Assembly (NCBI RefSeq): GCF_006345805.1
Contig: NC_043011.1
Span: 2,294,001 to 2,358,000 of the forward strand
DNA: 64,000 nt
Source: Octopus sinensis
Lineage: Eukaryota
Direction: 5' to 3'
The notes beneath the pieces were generated by a model, which saw only the letters and a list, made by a program, of their open reading frames with translations, did not search any database and had not been told where the DNA came from. A program made the translations under genes and the position numbers. Below, piece by piece: positions 62,250 through 64,000 of this stretch; within the stretch, counting starts at the first letter, position 1; every line of letters begins with the position of its first letter.

Positions 62250-63000
62250 AATGTATGGACATTATGACCAGGAATGGGTTGAAAGCAAATCATAAAAGTT
62301 TGCTGATGTAGTAGTATAAATCATAATGATTGGAGGAAATCTTTTGTTATCACGGAAGCTTGTGTAGGACGAATTTATCATGGAATGGGCTCCATGAAGT
62401 ATACCTTCTATTTTAGAATTATTTAGTTGGAGAATTTGATGCAGTGCTCAACTCAATGAGGGTCTTCCCATACTGGGGAGATAGATATCGCTGCTATTTC
62501 ACCTTGAACTTCTAAAACCTGATGTGTGTAGTGTATGATGAACCTTGGAAGAATTCTGTAGGGTGAGATAATTGTTGTAAGAAAAACGAAGCAAAGTGCA
62601 TGGTTTCAGGAATGATGTGTAATACCACATGGGCTTGAACAGATGAGACATGTCTGTGACTAGTTCATAAGAGTAGAAACCACTGACATACATACACAGC
62701 TCATACATAGTTTGGATAAGCAGAATCAATTTTTCAGAAACGCCATTGTTCAATCAGTGTAAGAAGAAGAAGAAGGACATCCATGATCTTTATAGGCTAA
62801 GTACTATAGATGTGGTATTCTGTTTGAATATTAATGGATCTTTTTGCCAGTCTGAAACTATGCTAACAAGAATGGAATTCTAGAGGGTTATCACTGTTGG
62901 GATGAATGCTGCACAGCTTGTTTAGTGCGTGAACCTATGTCATTAGGGTGACAAAATAAATAGTGGTAAAACTCTTAGAATGAAGCTCAGTTTGCTTGTC
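62250..63000 (-). pseudogene. Possible highly decayed LINE RT fragment
   Basis: GVSEKLILLIQTMYE resembles the RT G(V/I)PxKLIxLIxxLY block; the rest is too degenerate to classify. Confidence 0.3.
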
Positions 63001-64000
63001 CAAGGAAGAAGAAAGTGTTGTAGTCGTAACTGAAAATGCAGAGAAAAGAATTGGTGAATCTGTAGCAAGTAGTTGTGGTTCAGTGAATGAATTTTTGAGA
63101 ATTAGCCAAATGATGTCTTTTTTTGTATAGTGCAGTATTAGCGTCAATGCCATATGTGAACATTATTTTAATGTTTGGTGTGTTTTACTGAGGGTTATTC
63201 ATGAAAGGTACCATTTAGTTTTCAAGATGGTTTTGACATTGGTGTGTTCTAGTGAAGGCACCGTTTTGCAAGGGGACAGATTGCATAACAAAATTTAATG
63301 ACATTAGAAAGTAATGAATGATTGTCAAATTTACCTTAAAATAAGTAATATTCATATCTCAGAGTCATGATGAGGTTTTCAAATTCAATTTGGTTTCATT
63401 ATTAGTTTACACAAACAAGCATGAAAACACTGACATTATATCAACTAATATTAATTTTACACATATTTTCAAGACATGAATTAAAATATAGTTGCATATA
63501 GCCAGTAAACTTATGGCATAGGTTATCTGTCATGGATGTAATAACTGATTTCTAACACCATTAACTACTAGACATAATTCATATTCTGATATGACTGTTT
63601 GCAATTATAGTCTAACATTTATCATGCAAATATCATCTGCAACTCAAACAAAATTTATCTAGATCCAAGTCAAATGATTTGAGAAATATTTTCTTTGCAT
63701 TTTAAATTGAAATTTGCTTCAATTACATTGCTTCGTAGATATAGCTAATAATTTTATTTTATGTTATCATATTTTGATATTCTTTCACATTTTTGTGTCA
63801 TAGGAGAAGAAATCCAGTACTTTCCAAGCCTGGAACTTATTCTGTCAGTTTCTTTTTACTAAACCACTATATTACTAAGTTACAAGATCTTTAACAAACT
63901 GACAGCAGCTGTCAGGTGTTGGGTTTGGGTAAACAGATAGAAATACACACACACGTCAGTATACATGTATACTTGCATGCAAGTATGTATTTGGCAGATT

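Overview
AT-rich, repeat-dense eukaryotic DNA with no operon-like or complete protein-coding gene. The repeat families and the abundant (TA)n/(CATA)n/(CA)n tracts suggest an octopus/cephalopod genome (inference). Most of the window is intronic or intergenic. It holds several tRNA-derived SINE families, many 5'-truncated RTE LINE ends, and decayed Tx1/L1, R4/Dong, Gypsy, mariner and hAT remnants. It also holds a non-autonomous Helitron and two copies of a 412-413 bp MITE with 8-bp TSDs. A CpG-rich promoter-like island lies at about 4.1-4.6 kb, and a few candidate host exons could not be assigned to a known gene. The most striking signal is a set of hammerhead-ribozyme (HHR)-like motifs from at least six sequence-unrelated repeat families, tied to Penelope-like element (PLE) remnants and long palindromes. 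One near-canonical minimal type I HHR (27795-27840, minus) sits in a 365-bp retrozyme-like unit. An inverted HHR pair flanks a PLE ORF start (41.5-42.0 kb). A three-copy family has a swapped core pair (G3:C8 instead of C3:G8). All RNA folds were read by eye and are untested. Nearly all long ORFs in the supplied track come from microsatellites or SINEs.
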